A stretch of DNA of 64,000 nucleotides from Eledone cirrhosa. Lineage: Eukaryota. Below, piece after piece: positions 1 through 12,355 of the stretch (position 1 is the first letter of the stretch; every line of letters begins with the position of its first letter). The notes beneath the pieces are model-generated. The model saw only the letters and a program-made list of their open reading frames with translations. It was not told the origin of the DNA and did not search any database. The stretch is from positions 10,478,001 to 10,542,000 of the forward strand of contig OZ024766.1 in NCBI GenBank assembly GCA_964016885.1, written 5' to 3'. The translations under genes and the position numbers were made by a program.

Positions 1-223
1 GGGAAAAATGGATGCAAAATCATGATGATAATATATATATATGTTAAGTATAAATGTAGAAAAGGTAAAAGAAAGAAGCGTGCTCTTTGTTTAATACAGA
101 GCTACTTAATTATAATTATATATATATGTATATATAGGTACGTTATTCCGGGTTGAATCGGAGGTAACCACAGTAAGTAAGGTACTCAATACATTGCAGA
201 GTATAAAAGTTTTAATATAGATG

Positions 224-274
224 AGATTCTACAGGACTAGAACTGTTTCATTCTTTAGAAATCATCAGGAATCT
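224..274 (-). ncRNA. Type I hammerhead ribozyme, family A
   Basis: Minus strand reads agattc-CTGATGA-tttctaaagaat-GAA-acag(ttctagtc)ctgt-A-gaatct. Stem I is 6 bp, stem III is 4 bp, and the cleavage triplet is GUA. Confidence 0.85.
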
Positions 275-328
275 TGCAAGATATATATCTATCTATCATT
301 TTATTTGTACATCACACACAAGCATATA

Positions 329-429
329 GAGGGTGTTCCACAAAAATGTATACACACTTTAATTACCTATACAGGCAATATTTCTTAGAATGCTGATAAT
401 GCGTGTATACATTTTTGGGGGACACCCTG
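329..429. mobile_element. Tc1/mariner-type MITE (~100 bp)
   Basis: Imperfect ~27-bp TIRs (gagggtgttccacaaaaatgtatacac / gtgtatacatttttgggggacaccctg) flanked by TA. A related copy is at 59148-59222. Confidence 0.7.
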
Positions 430-764
430 TATATGAGAGAGAGAGAGAGAGAGAGAGTGAAAGAGAGAGAGAGTGAAAGAGAGAGAGAGAGGGTCACAGA
501 GAGAGAGGGTGTGTGTGTGTGTGAGAGAGAGAGAGAGAAACGAGTATATGACCTTAAAGTGGTCATTTCTCGTGCTAGAAATAGCAGCTAAATGACAAAG
601 GTGTGTAGAATATTTAAGTGAGGTGTATATATTTAGATGCTCAGCAAAACTGCACTCGATAATCAATACACATCACTGGCTATGTCTGTTAACCAATCAC
701 CACCACCGCCACCAGACAGTATACACACTGTATAGATAAATACCTATATATATGTGTATATATA

Positions 765-837
<73 letters not shown>

Positions 838-850
838 ATATATATATATA

Positions 851-1052
851 TAACGAAGGGGTTGTGGTAAGGAACCAGATGGACCATAACGCACCAGAGT
901 ACTCAATACTTAGGGTAGCAGGGTAGGTAATAGGAAACAGTATGACCCCGACGGCAGAGCTCAAGCCGTTTCGACGGCTATTTCTAGACTATTTCTAGAA
1001 ATAGCCGTCGAAACGGCTTGAGCTCTGCCATCGGGGATCATACTTTTTCCTA
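851..1052. mobile_element. Fold-back dispersed repeat (family P), probable PLE terminal module
   Basis: ~80-bp body followed by inverted arms 931-987 / 995-1052, flanked by (TA)n. Other copies are near 12.2k, 31.4k, 37.5k, 52.8k and 55.1k. Confidence 0.75.
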
Positions 1053-1201
1053 TATATATATAGCTTTATATTTTATACATACATATATAGGTACATATAC
1101 ACATACATTTATATCGGTATAGAAAATACGGTATATTAATGTATATAGAATGAATATAAAACAGTATATATATATAGTTTGTATGCATATATGTGTGTGT
1201 A

Positions 1202-1252
<51 letters not shown>

Positions 1253-1300
1253 CTAAACCTACCGTATGTTTTAACATACAGCGATATATATATACACACT

Positions 1301-1342
<42 letters not shown>

Positions 1343-1387
1343 CATACATGAATATATCGGTGCATATTAAGATATATACGATATGTT

Positions 1388-1429
<42 letters not shown>

Positions 1430-1484
1430 CACAAACATCGCATATACCTGAATATGCACCGATGAATACATGAATACATGTATG

Positions 1485-1522
<38 letters not shown>

Positions 1523-1689
1523 AACATACCGTATATGTCTTAATATACGCCGATACATATATATATACCCGGCTCACGTTTATATAATTAATGAAATGGT
1601 TTGTCAGAGATAAACGTAACACGAACAAAAACACAATAGAAAAATTAACGATAGCAATTAGTGAGTGTATATTTATATATATATACACT

Positions 1690-1730
<41 letters not shown>

Positions 1731-1742
1731 CAGTATATATAC

Positions 1743-1810
<68 letters not shown>

Positions 1811-1857
1811 TGGTGTATATATATATATACACTGGTATATATATATATATATACACT

Positions 1858-1904
<47 letters not shown>

Positions 1905-1905
1905 T

Positions 1906-1953
<48 letters not shown>

Positions 1954-1959
1954 TACACT

Positions 1960-2004
<45 letters not shown>

Positions 2005-2005
2005 T

Positions 2006-2040
<35 letters not shown>

Positions 2041-2042
2041 TG

Positions 2043-2096
<54 letters not shown>

Positions 2097-2294
2097 TGGT
2101 GTATAACATCGAATTAAGAAAGCGAAAATAGCACAATCCTTACATACTGTGTATATATATAATTAAACAAATTATATATATATATAGTTATGTAATAAAC
2201 AAAATATATATATATATATAAATATATATATGAATATATATTTATATAGCTAAGTGTATATATATATATATATACATACATACATATATATATA

Positions 2295-2337
<43 letters not shown>

Positions 2338-2428
2338 CATAATATATATACGTGTGTATATATATATATATATATAAATATATATATAATATATACATAT
2401 ATGAATGTATATATGTGGGTGTGTATGT

Positions 2429-2473
<45 letters not shown>

Positions 2474-2660
2474 CACACACACAACACACACACACACACA
2501 CACACACACATTAATCTGTTGCACGTTTGTGCATGTGCGCGCACGTACACACACACACACGCGCGCGCATATACATACATTATACATACATACATTATAC
2601 ATATATATACACATATACACACACATATATACATATATATGTGTGTATATATATATATTA
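1053..2660. repeat. Compound (TA)n/(CA)n microsatellite field, partly punctuated by cactgg
   Basis: Seen directly. The YIYI-type ORFs here are artefacts. Confidence 0.95.
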
Positions 2661-2744
2661 CGCATTACAACGTAAAGGAGAATAACATCATACCTCTATA
2701 GTCATGTTGTTGATGTTGTTACAGAGGTAATGACACAGCAGCAC

Positions 2745-4120
2745 TAGTAGTAGTAGTAGCAGTTGCAGTAGTAGTAGTTGTAGTAGTGGCGGCTGTAGTG
2801 TTGGTGGTGGTGGTGGTGGTGGTAGTAGTAGTCATAGTGGTGGTGGTGTGTGATGGTGAGTGTAGTAAATGATGATGTTATCGAGGTAACGATGTAGTAG
2901 CGGTGGTAGTAGTAGTGGTGGTGGTGGTGGTAGTGGTGGTGATAGATGTAGTAGTGGTGGTTGTGGTAGTGGTGGTAGTGGTGGTGGTGGTGGTAGTGGT
3001 GGTGGTGGTGGTTGTGATAGTGGTGGCGGTTGTGGTTGTGGTTGTGGTAGTGGTTGTGGTAGTGGTGGTGGTTGTAGTAGTGGTGGTGGTAGATGTAGTA
3101 GTAGTAGTGATAGATGTAGTAGTGGTGGTTGTGGTAGCAGTGGTGGCTGTGGTAGTGGTGGTGGTGGTGGTGGTTGTGGTAGTGGTGGTGGTTGGTGGTG
3201 GTTGTGGTAGTGGTGGTGGTTGTGGTAGTGGTGGCGGTTGTGGTGGTGGTGGTGGTTGTGGTAGTGGTGGTGGTTGTGGTAGTGGTGGCGGTTGTGGTGG
3301 TGATAGATGTAGCAGTGGTGGTTGTGGTAGTGGTGGTGGTTGTGGTAGTAGTGGTGGTGGTGGTGGTAGTTGTGGTGGTGGTAGTTGTGGTGGTGGTAGT
3401 TGTGGTGGTGGTAGTTGTGGTGGTGGTGGTTGTGGTGGTGGTTGTGATAGTGGTGGTTGTGGTAGTGGTGGTGGTTGTGGTGGTGGTTGTGGTGGTGGTT
3501 GTGGTAGTGGTGGTGGTAGTGGTAGTGGTGGTGGTAGTGGTGGTGGTGGCGGTTGTGGTGGTGATAGATGTAGTAGTGGTGGTGGTTGTGGTAGTGGTGG
3601 TGATAGATGTAGTAGTGGTGGTGGATGTGGTAGTGGTGGTGATAGATGTAGTAGTGGTGGTGATAGATGTAGTAGTGGTGGTAGTAGTGGTGGTGGTGGT
3701 TGTGGTAGTGGTGGTGGTTGTTGTACTGGTGGTGGTTGTGGTAGTGGTAATAGATGGTAGCTGTAGTAGTTGCGGTATTAGTGGTGGTAGTAGTGGTAGT
3801 ATTAGTGGTGGTAGTAGTGGTGGTGGTGGTGGTGGTGGTTGTGGTAGTGGTGGTGGTTGTGGTACTGGTGGTGGTTGTGGTAGTGGTAATAGATGGTAGC
3901 TGTAGTAGTTGTGGTAGTAGTGGTGGTGGTAGTGGTGGTAGTAGTGGTGGTGGTAGTGGTGGTAGTGGTGGTGGTGGTAGTGGTAATAGATGTGGTAGTG
4001 GTGGTGGTATTGGTAGTGGTGGTAGTATTGGTAGTGGTGGTAGTATTGGTAGTGGTGGTTGTGGTAATAGATGGTAACTGTAGTAGTTGCGGTATTAGTG
4101 GTGGTAGTAGTGGTGGTGGT
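2745..4120. repeat. (GTG/GTA/GTT)n triplet low-complexity tract
   Basis: Seen directly. It produces poly-V/G/T/H pseudo-ORFs. Confidence 0.95.
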
Positions 4121-4731
4121 AGAGAAGGTTACGTTGGTATGGCCACGTGATGCGCATGAAAGACGACAGCTGTATAACAAAGTGCAGGGCAATAAAGATA
4201 GACGGTAGCCACGGAGTAGGCAGACCCAGAAAAACCTGGGACGACATGATAAATTCCGACCTCACACACTTACACCTCTCCAAGACAATGTCACTGGACC
4301 AAGATCTTTGGCGTTACTCAGTAATAGAGAAGACCCGCCTTACCTAAGTACAAAGTTAAACCTACTACAGTCAGTAGGGATCTCTAACAAAATACACCCC
4401 CGTCCCACCACCCCCACCCCATCCACACCGCCCCTTTCAATGTAAAGTTATGTTGGTGCCACAACATCCAGACCGAAATAAATGAGATCGTGTAGGTGTC
4501 ACGTAAAAAAACACACAGTCCACGCTGTAATGTGGCCATGTAGGCAACACGGTAAAAACCTCCCAGACCCACACTGTAAATGTGGTTGGTGTTAGGAAGG
4601 GCATCCAGCTGTAGAAAACCCGCCAGACAGTCCTATGCGAGCAAGACAATCACTCTTGCCTCAAGTGGGAAAACTCCCGTCCAAACCCATGCAAGCGTGG
4701 AACACGGACGTTAAACGATGATGATGATGAT
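4121..4731 (+). mobile_element. RTE-clade LINE 3' fragment (family RTE-A)
   Basis: Encodes RLRWYGHVMRM...GRPRKTW...DLWR, an RTE ORF C-terminus, then a 3' UTR and (TGA)n tail. Confidence 0.85.
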
Positions 4732-6285
4732 ACTATTGTATTTTCACAGTAAAGGCTTTACCTCACATAATATCTCACATAACATTTACATTACTCTATA
4801 TATACTATTATATTCTCATGGTAAAGGCTTTACCTCACATAATATCTCACATAACATTTACATTACTCTATATATACTATTGTATTTTCACAGTAAAGGC
4901 TTTACCTCACATAATATCTCACATAACATTTACATTACTCTATATATACTATTGTATTTTCACAGTAAAGGCTTTACCTCACATAATATCTCACATAACA
5001 TTTACATTACTCTATATATACTATTATATTCTCATGGTAAAGGCTTTACCTCACATAATATCTCACATAACATTTACATTACTCTATATATACTATTGTA
5101 TTTTCACAGTAAAGGCTTTACCTCACATAATATCTCACATAACATTTACATTACTCTATATATACTATTGTATTTTCACAGTAAAGGCTTTACCTCACAT
5201 AATATCTCACATAACATTTACATTACTCTATATATACTATTGTATTTTCACAGTAAAGGCTTTACCTCACATAATATCTCACATAACATTTACATTACTC
5301 TATATATACTATTGTATTTTCACAGTAAAGGCTTTACCTCACATAATATCTCACATAACATTTACATTACTCTATATATACTATTGTATTTTCACAGTAA
5401 AGGCTTTACCTCACATAATATCTCACATAACATTTACATTACTCTATATATACTATTGTATTTTCACAGTAAAGGCTTTACCTCACATAATATCTCACAT
5501 AACATTTACATTACTCTATATATACTATTGTATTTTCACAGTAAAGGCTTTACCTCACATAATATCTCACATAACATTTACATTACTCTATATATACTAT
5601 TGTATTTTCACAGTAAAGGCTTTACCTCACATAATATCTCAGATAACATTTACATTACTCTATATATACTATTGTATTGTCACAGTAAAGGCTTTACCTC
5701 ACATAATATCTCACATAACATTTACATTACTCTATATATACTATTGTATTTTCACAGTAAAGGCTTTACCTCACATAATATCTCACATAACATTTACATT
5801 ACTCTATATATACTATTATATTCTCATGGTAAAGGCTTTACCTCACATAATATCTCACATAACATTTACATTACTCTATATATACTATTGTATTGTCACA
5901 GTAAAGGCTTTACCTCACATAATATCTCACATAACATTTACATTACTCTATATATACTATTGTATTTTCACAGTAAAGGCTTTACCTCACATAATATCTC
6001 ACATAACATTTACATTACTCTATATATACTATTGTATTGTCACAGTAAAGGCTTTACCTCACATAATACCTCACATAACATTCACATTACTCCATATATA
6101 CTATTGTATTTTCACAGTAAAGGCTTTACCTTACATAATATCTCACATAACATTCACATTACTCCATATATACTATTGTATTTTCACAGTAAAGGCTTTA
6201 CCTCACATAATACCTCACATAACATTCACATTACTCTATATATACTATTGTATTCTCACAGTAAAGGCTTTACCTCATATAATAT
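4731..6285 (+). repeat. 72-bp minisatellite, ~21 copies
   Basis: Unit atactattgtattttcacagtaaaggctttacctcacataatatctcacataacatttacattactctatat, matching the 24-aa periodicity in the ORF track. Confidence 0.95.
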
Positions 6286-6422
6286 AAAATCTACAAAATT
6301 TTTATATTATTTATTTCAAGAACAATACCTGAACATCAGTATGATCAGCCAGTTACAGCTGGTTTGAACAGAAAAAGGTGAGTGAATTCTGGCCAGATAC
6401 AGCTGGTTTAAATGGTAAAGGG
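6286..6422. mobile_element. Remainder of the piggyBac-like MITE that hosts the 72-bp array
   Basis: Matches the reverse complement of 22124-22260 and ends tttaaatggtaaaggg|tcaa. Confidence 0.7.
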
Positions 6423-6606
6423 TCAACCATAAAATATAAAAAATGGGGTTTACTTTACCGAAAATACTTTCATGAGTGCTGTGCCTTCTAAAATAGTCCG
6501 GGCCTTTGTTTAACAATAAATTCGGGGATTTCGCTAATGTACAGGATGTGAACTGGAGTGCCATGGTTGGACCTGTAATATAGAGTATAGAAACACTATG
6601 TATATA

Positions 6607-6677
<71 letters not shown>

Positions 6678-7035
6678 GTGTATATATATATATATATGTG
6701 TATATGTATATATATATATATATATTTTTTCCTCGCACATATCCTCCCTTCGTTAATTTTCAAAATTTTTAATTTATACAGTATCTTCCAACGGTTTTCA
6801 ACCCCTCTCTATATATAAAATATATCTCCTCTCTGTTATAAAAACTATCTCTTTCTCTCTATCACCCATCTCTCCCTCTCATCTCCTTCCCTTTTCATCC
6901 TTTTCTCTCCCCCCCCTCTCTAAATAAAATATTTTTTCCCAATATCACACATCAATCTAAAACCACTTTTCATATGTTGATTTAAAACTGCACTATCAAC
7001 AAGTGTTTTTTTAGCCTTCATATCATGTTCTCCTG

Positions 7036-7102
7036 TTTTATCTGATGAAAACACAAATATTATTATTTGATGATGTTTGTTTTTGAAATGCGCATAATAA
7101 AA
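7036..7102 (+). ncRNA. Type I hammerhead ribozyme, family C
   Basis: ttttat-CTGATGA-long AU-rich stem II-GAA-atgcgcat (palindromic stem III)-A-ataaaa. Confidence 0.8.
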
Positions 7103-7134
7103 TATATTGAACTCCTTTAACCATCTTTTGATCT

Positions 7135-7190
<56 letters not shown>

Positions 7191-7233
7191 GTGTATATAT
7201 ATATATATATATGTGTATATGTATATATATATA

Positions 7234-7297
<64 letters not shown>

Positions 7298-7422
7298 GGA
7301 GGTGAGTTTTATTGTAGTACAATAAAGCAATGCAGATATCGGATAAGAAGCACTCTACAGTTTGTAGGACTGGAGTATACATAATATATAAGAACAAAAG
7401 ATGGTTAAAAGAGTTCCATGTA

Positions 7423-7489
7423 TTTTATTATGCGCATTTCAAAAACAAATATCATCATGCAATAATATTTGTGTTTTCATCAGATAAAA
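7423..7489 (-). ncRNA. Type I hammerhead ribozyme, family C
   Basis: Reverse-complement copy with intact core, in the left arm of the 7381-7736 inverted repeat. Confidence 0.8.
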
Positions 7490-7627
7490 CAGGAAGACAT
7501 GATATGAAGGTTAAAAAACACTTGTGGATAGTTCAGTTTTAAATCAACATGTATATATGTGTATATATGTTGATTTAAGACTGAACTATCCACAAGTGTT
7601 TTTTAACCTTCATATCATGTCTTCCTG

Positions 7628-7694
7628 TTTTATCTGATGAAAACACAAATATTATTGCATGATGATATTTGTTTTTGAAATGCGCATAATAAAA
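7628..7694 (+). ncRNA. Type I hammerhead ribozyme, family C
   Basis: ttttat-CTGATGA-aaacacaaatattattgcatgatgatatttgttttt-GAA-atgcgcat-A-ataaaa. Confidence 0.8.
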
Positions 7695-7726
7695 TACATG
7701 GAACTCTTTTAACCATCTTTTGTTCT

Positions 7727-7764
<38 letters not shown>

Positions 7765-7784
7765 ATATATATATATATATATTA

Positions 7785-7922
7785 ATAATAATAATAAATG
7801 TGAAGACTAAAATCCAAAGAGGGCTCGATAAGGATAAATATATATCAGATATATAAGAACCGTAGAGCAAATATTTATTAAAATAACAGATTAAAGTTTA
7901 AGCAAAGAATCACTGCTTTCAC
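7785..7922. repeat. ~140-bp dispersed repeat
   Basis: Near-identical inverted copy at 15898-16035 and a partial copy at 20482-20517. Confidence 0.7.
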
Positions 7923-8104
7923 CCTTAACGGGATCTTCTGAAACTAACAAAGACAATCTGTATTTAGAAATTAGAAAGTAACACCATGGAGAGCATCCAG
8001 CAGATAGCTAACTCCATACACCAAAGTATAACTGTAACTGTTGACTACCCTTCCAAACACCCCAACAATAGACAACCAGTATTAGACACGGAACTCTGGT
8101 TAAA

Positions 8105-8378
8105 CATTATAATAATAATAATAATGAAATTATTGTGTAAAGTGCTCAGGTGCACTACAACTCGTCAATATAGTACATAGAATAATACACAAATGTCAGG
8201 GAAGTACATGTGTGTATGTGTTAGCTGTAGTGTTGGCGGATCTCGGGAAGCATGGAGGCCTTAAAGGATGCAGTGTCTCGACAGCTAACAACTGATGCAG
8301 GTAGTTTGTTCCATGCTTCAGCAACTCTGAGCATGAAAAAATGTTTCCGAAAGTCATGGGAACTGTGCTGTTTTCTTA
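8105..8378 (-). mobile_element. CR1-type LINE 3' end nested in the PLE
   Basis: Minus strand encodes RKHFFMLRVAEAWNKLPASVV...SFK and ends in a (TTA)n tail. A short 3' end of the same family is at ~53940-54008. Confidence 0.75.
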
Positions 8379-9518
8379 CAAGAAAACCCAAATTCTCCAC
8401 TCACATGGCCTCCAAATACCTGATACTCAAAAACTCAGCAATGTCCAGTAGTGCTAAGTTTAATATTCTGATCGCAGACTTGGTACGAGTGATGAAGAAT
8501 GTGTCCCGCATGTGCGACCCAACAGAAATGGAAAGACACATCCAACACTTCATCAATCACATACAGTTCCCTGGCTACAACCAAAGAGACAAAATCAGAG
8601 TATACGAAGGAGCCACGGAGAAATATAAGACCCTCATAGAAATGGACATGAAAGGGATTTGTACATTATACAGGAGCAAATCATGGAATAGTTTAGATAG
8701 GACTAAACATAAGATAGGGAAAGCTACTTCATGGTACGACAACCAGAGATACCAGAGTGTCATGTTCGTGGATGCAACTCCTGGAGGGGAATTAGCTAAC
8801 CAATGTAGAAAGGCCCTAAGAAAAACCTATTTAAATATTAAAGTGGTAGAAAAACCAGGAACTACCATAACATCCCTAATCAGTAAAACTTACCCCTTTA
8901 AGAAAACCCACTGTACGAATAAGAAATCTGTTATATGTAGAATGAACCCCCAGATAAACTGTAAAACTAGAAATGTAGTCTATAGCATAAGATGTACAGA
9001 GGGTACTTGCAGAAACATGACAATGACATACATAGGAGAGACAGCTCGTAGCGTAGGTGAGAGGATAGAGGAACACATGAGGGTACCAGAAGGACAAAAG
9101 GACAATTTACTACTATATGAACACACCAGACTAAGACATAATGGTAATATAGACAACATAGAAATTAAAATATCTAAACATAGGAACAATTAGACAATTG
9201 GTGAGGCTACAGAAATAGATTGAACAGAAAACATGAATGGAATAACAACAACCAAACACAAACACATACTAGTGATCTAATAGATATACACAGATGCAAT
9301 AACAACACCCACACAAACATACACTAGTGACCAAAGATAGAATATAAACACATTAACAGACACACAGACTCTGACACTAACACACAAACACACACCAAAC
9401 AGAATAAACAAGATACACACACACGCACAAACACGCAAAGGCATGTGTAAACAGAGACAACAATAAATAAAATAGAATAAGAAAACATTACAGGAACACA
9501 ACGGGAGGAAACAGACAC

Positions 9519-9560
9519 TTCACTGATGATGTCACAGATGTGTGACGAAAGAACTCTGAG
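9519..9560 (+). ncRNA. Minimal hammerhead ribozyme, family B (PLE pLTR)
   Basis: ttca-CTGATGA-t-gtcaca(gatg)tgtgac-GAA-agaact-C-tgag, downstream of the GIY-YIG ORF. Confidence 0.65.
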
Positions 9561-9760
9561 AAAATTTATCTATATTTATATTTTTTAACTGTTGGACAAT
9601 CAGTGATAAACATTGATTGTCAGCTGAATTATTTATAGAAATATAAAAATTTATTGAAGTGAAAACCAAACCAAACAGCGAGAGTCTTTTACTATATTTT
9701 TCTGACAATATTAGGACAACATAACCCTCTTCAAATATATATATTTATATATATATATAT

Positions 9761-10072
9761 ACACTGAGGATGAAAAACTCAGAGCTGTATGGGAGCTGTG
9801 TTACTCAGAGCTGTGTTACTCAAAAGTAACACAGAGGAGACTGAGGTTAGCTGGACATGCTCACCGACATCCAGAGTTGACATTTCACTCAGTGCTCCTG
9901 TGGGAGCCCCTACATGGACACACTGGAAGAGGAAGACCAAGGTTAACATATGTTGATGCCCTAAGGGCAGACACTGGTCTGTTGGAGACGCAGGACATGG
10001 CAGCGATAATGAGGGACAGAGACCGCTGGAGAGAACTCGTCCAGGGATCTTCGGAATTTTACCCGCACTAGA
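9761..10072 (+). mobile_element. RTE/RTEX-like LINE 3' fragment (family RTE-E)
   Basis: Encodes RRLRLAGHAHRH...LLWEP.HG...RGRPRLTYVD...DRDRWR. Confidence 0.8.
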
Positions 10073-10092
10073 AGATATATGTATATATAATA

Positions 10093-10123
<31 letters not shown>

Positions 10124-10603
10124 TCATATATATATTCATATATATACAGACACAAACATATATACATACACTATACACACATAAATTTATACATACATAT
10201 ACAAACATATATATATATAGAGAGAGAGATGCATATATATCACATATATATATATACAGACATACATATATCAATATATATATATATATATAATACACAT
10301 ATATATATAAGTATATAGAAACAGAAATAAAGCAAATGACACAGTACAATGAATAAATATATTACAACAAATTAAATATCCCTTTGCTTATATATATATA
10401 TATACTGTAACTCAAGATAGATGTAGTAAGAAGCTAGTTATATCATTACTCACCAGAGTACTTGATACTTGGGGAAGTCTGGAAGTAGCTGCTGAAAAGG
10501 CATGAGCTCAGCTGTCGGGATCCTGACTTATTCATACACACACACACACATATATATATATACATATGTAAAATAAATCAAAGAACGCCTACATACTCAT
10601 ACC

Positions 10604-10674
10604 ATTTTTATTTTGCTGACAATGTTTCATCCATACCATGGGGCAGGAATCATCAGAGCTTTATAAATAAAAAT
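10604..10674 (-). ncRNA. Type I hammerhead ribozyme, family E
   Basis: Minus strand: atttttattt-ataaa-gct-CTGATGA-ttcctgcc(ccat)ggtatggat-GAA-acattgt-C-agc-a-aaataaaaat. The triplet is GUC and stem I is extended through an internal loop. Confidence 0.75.
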
Positions 10675-11381
10675 ATAGTGCTGAGTATAAGCTCTACCAA
10701 GCTTACTCACACAAACATTAGATATACAGTACAGGATAATAAGAGGGAGATTGGAAATGGAAAGGATGGAGAGAATGCGTAATGGGGGGGGGGGGGGTTA
10801 TTATTCAACATTACAGCTACATATGAGGGTACAGGCAGATTTTCTCACAAGAGACGGAGACACACGAGGGCACACAGAAACAAATAAAGCATTTAACGAT
10901 AGTTAAAAAAAATATAAAAATAATAAAGTAAAAGAAAAATAATAATACAAAAAGATAAATAAATAAGGTGATTTAGTTTCCCATGACATAGAGTTATAGA
11001 AATACTAAGAGACCCCTATGGTACCTTTAGAAAGTCCAAGGTACCTATATCTTTTCTGGTGCTAGGAGAGGGTGGGGATTGGGATGGGTGGAGGTCATTG
11101 GTTGATGGGTTTAAAGAAAAGGGAATTCATTAAAAACTAATTCTTTAAAGCTATAATTTATATTTAGAGTGACAAAGGCAGAAAGAATTCTATAAACAAA
11201 TTCAGATTGGAATACCACTCCTTATTTTTAAGTTTCTCTTAAACTAACAATGCCTGTAAGTCAGATGTCTTCAGGATGGCTGGGGTCCATTGGTTTAAAG
11301 AAAGGGGGATTCTTTAAAAGCTAATTCTTTAACCTAGCACCAGAAAAGATATAAATACCACCATATTTTACTTGGACAGTC

Positions 11382-11432
11382 AGCTTCCTGATGATTTCTC
11401 ACGAATGAAACAGTTCTAGTCCTGTAGAAGCT
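11382..11432 (+). ncRNA. Type I hammerhead ribozyme, family A
   Basis: agcttc-CTGATGA-tttctcacgaat-GAA-acag(ttctagtc)ctgt-A-gaagct. Confidence 0.85.
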
Positions 11433-11469
11433 TTTCTATATTAAAGAAATATATATATATATATAAATA

Positions 11470-11955
11470 ATGATAAATTCCGACCTCACACACTTACACC
11501 TCTCCAAGACAATGTCACTGGACTGAGATCTTTGGCGCTACACAGTAATACAGAAGACCCGCCTTACCTAATTACAAAGTGAAACCTACTACAGTCAGTA
11601 GGCACCTCTAACAAAAATACACCCCCGTCCCACTACCCCCACCCTATCCACACCACCCCTAAACAATGTAAAGTTATGTTGGTACCACAACATCCAGTCC
11701 TAAACAAATGAGGTCGTGTAGGTGTCATGACAAAAAAAACACACAGTCCACGCTGTAATGTGGCCGTGTAGGTAACACAGTAAAAACCTCCCAGTCCACA
11801 CTGTAAACGTGGTTGGTGTTAGGAAGGGCATCCAGCCGTAGAAAACCCGCTAGACAGTCCTATGCGAGCAAGACAACCACTCTTGCCTCAAGTGGGAAAA
11901 CTCCCGTCCAAACCCATGCAAGCGTGGAAGATGGACGTTAAACGATGATGATGAT
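11470..11955 (+). mobile_element. RTE-A LINE 3' fragment
   Basis: Homologous to 4247-4731, with a (TGA)n tail. Confidence 0.85.
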
Positions 11956-12071
11956 ATATATATATATACACATATATATATATACATACACACATATATA
12001 TATACACACACTCACACATATATATAATAGACACACACATATATATATATATGTACATTTGTGTGTATATA

Positions 12072-12151
12072 TTGGGTCGTCAAGTATGAAATTTGTAGAA
12101 ATTGGTTTAAAAAAAAACAAATTTCTACAAATTTCATACTTGATCACCCAA
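12072..12151. mobile_element. 80-bp palindromic mariner-type MITE
   Basis: TIRs ttgggtcgtcaagtatgaaatttgtagaaatt / aatttctacaaatttcatacttgatcacccaa, flanked by TA. Confidence 0.7.
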
Positions 12152-12197
12152 TATATACACACACATGTATATATATGTGTATATATATATATATATA

Positions 12198-12347
12198 TAA
12201 CGAAGTAATTGTGGTAAGGAACCAGATGGACCATAACACACCAAAGTACTCAATACTTAGGGTAGTAGAGTGGGTAATAGCAACAATCTCCAGAAATAGC
12301 CGTCGAAACTGCTTGAGCTCTGCCGTCGGGGTCATACTTGTTCCTAT
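12198..12347. mobile_element. Family P repeat (body plus inverted arm only)
   Basis: Homologous to 851-1052 with the proximal arm deleted. Confidence 0.7.
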
Positions 12348-12355
12348 ATATATAT

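Larger units (their letters stand above)
7975..9735 (+). mobile_element. Penelope-like element relic: RT C-terminal part, Cys-rich linker, GIY-YIG endonuclease, 3' pLTR
   Basis: IANSIHQSITVTVDYPSKHPNNRQPVLD (PLE RT) at 7986-8100. It resumes after a nested LINE with MASKYLI...NSAM, then [12 protein letters not shown]...YIGETARSVGERIEEH (GIY-YIG). The 3' non-coding end carries a hammerhead. Confidence 0.85.

Noticed and set aside
1050-2700. Many [12 protein letters not shown] ORFs here and throughout the window
   Set aside because: They are translations of dinucleotide microsatellites, which lack stop codons.
2744-4192. Gly/Cys-rich, mucin-like or His-rich ORFs (also 14009-14623, 26249-27586, 42965-44722)
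   Set aside because: These are triplet-repeat tracts open in several frames and on both strands, with no splice or domain evidence.
4718-6367. 549-aa repetitive ORF
   Set aside because: It is a read-through of the 72-bp minisatellite, whose unit length is a multiple of 3.
6440-6600. Possible PLE RT remnant on the minus strand (YY...GTP...)
   Set aside because: Too degenerate to support by eye.
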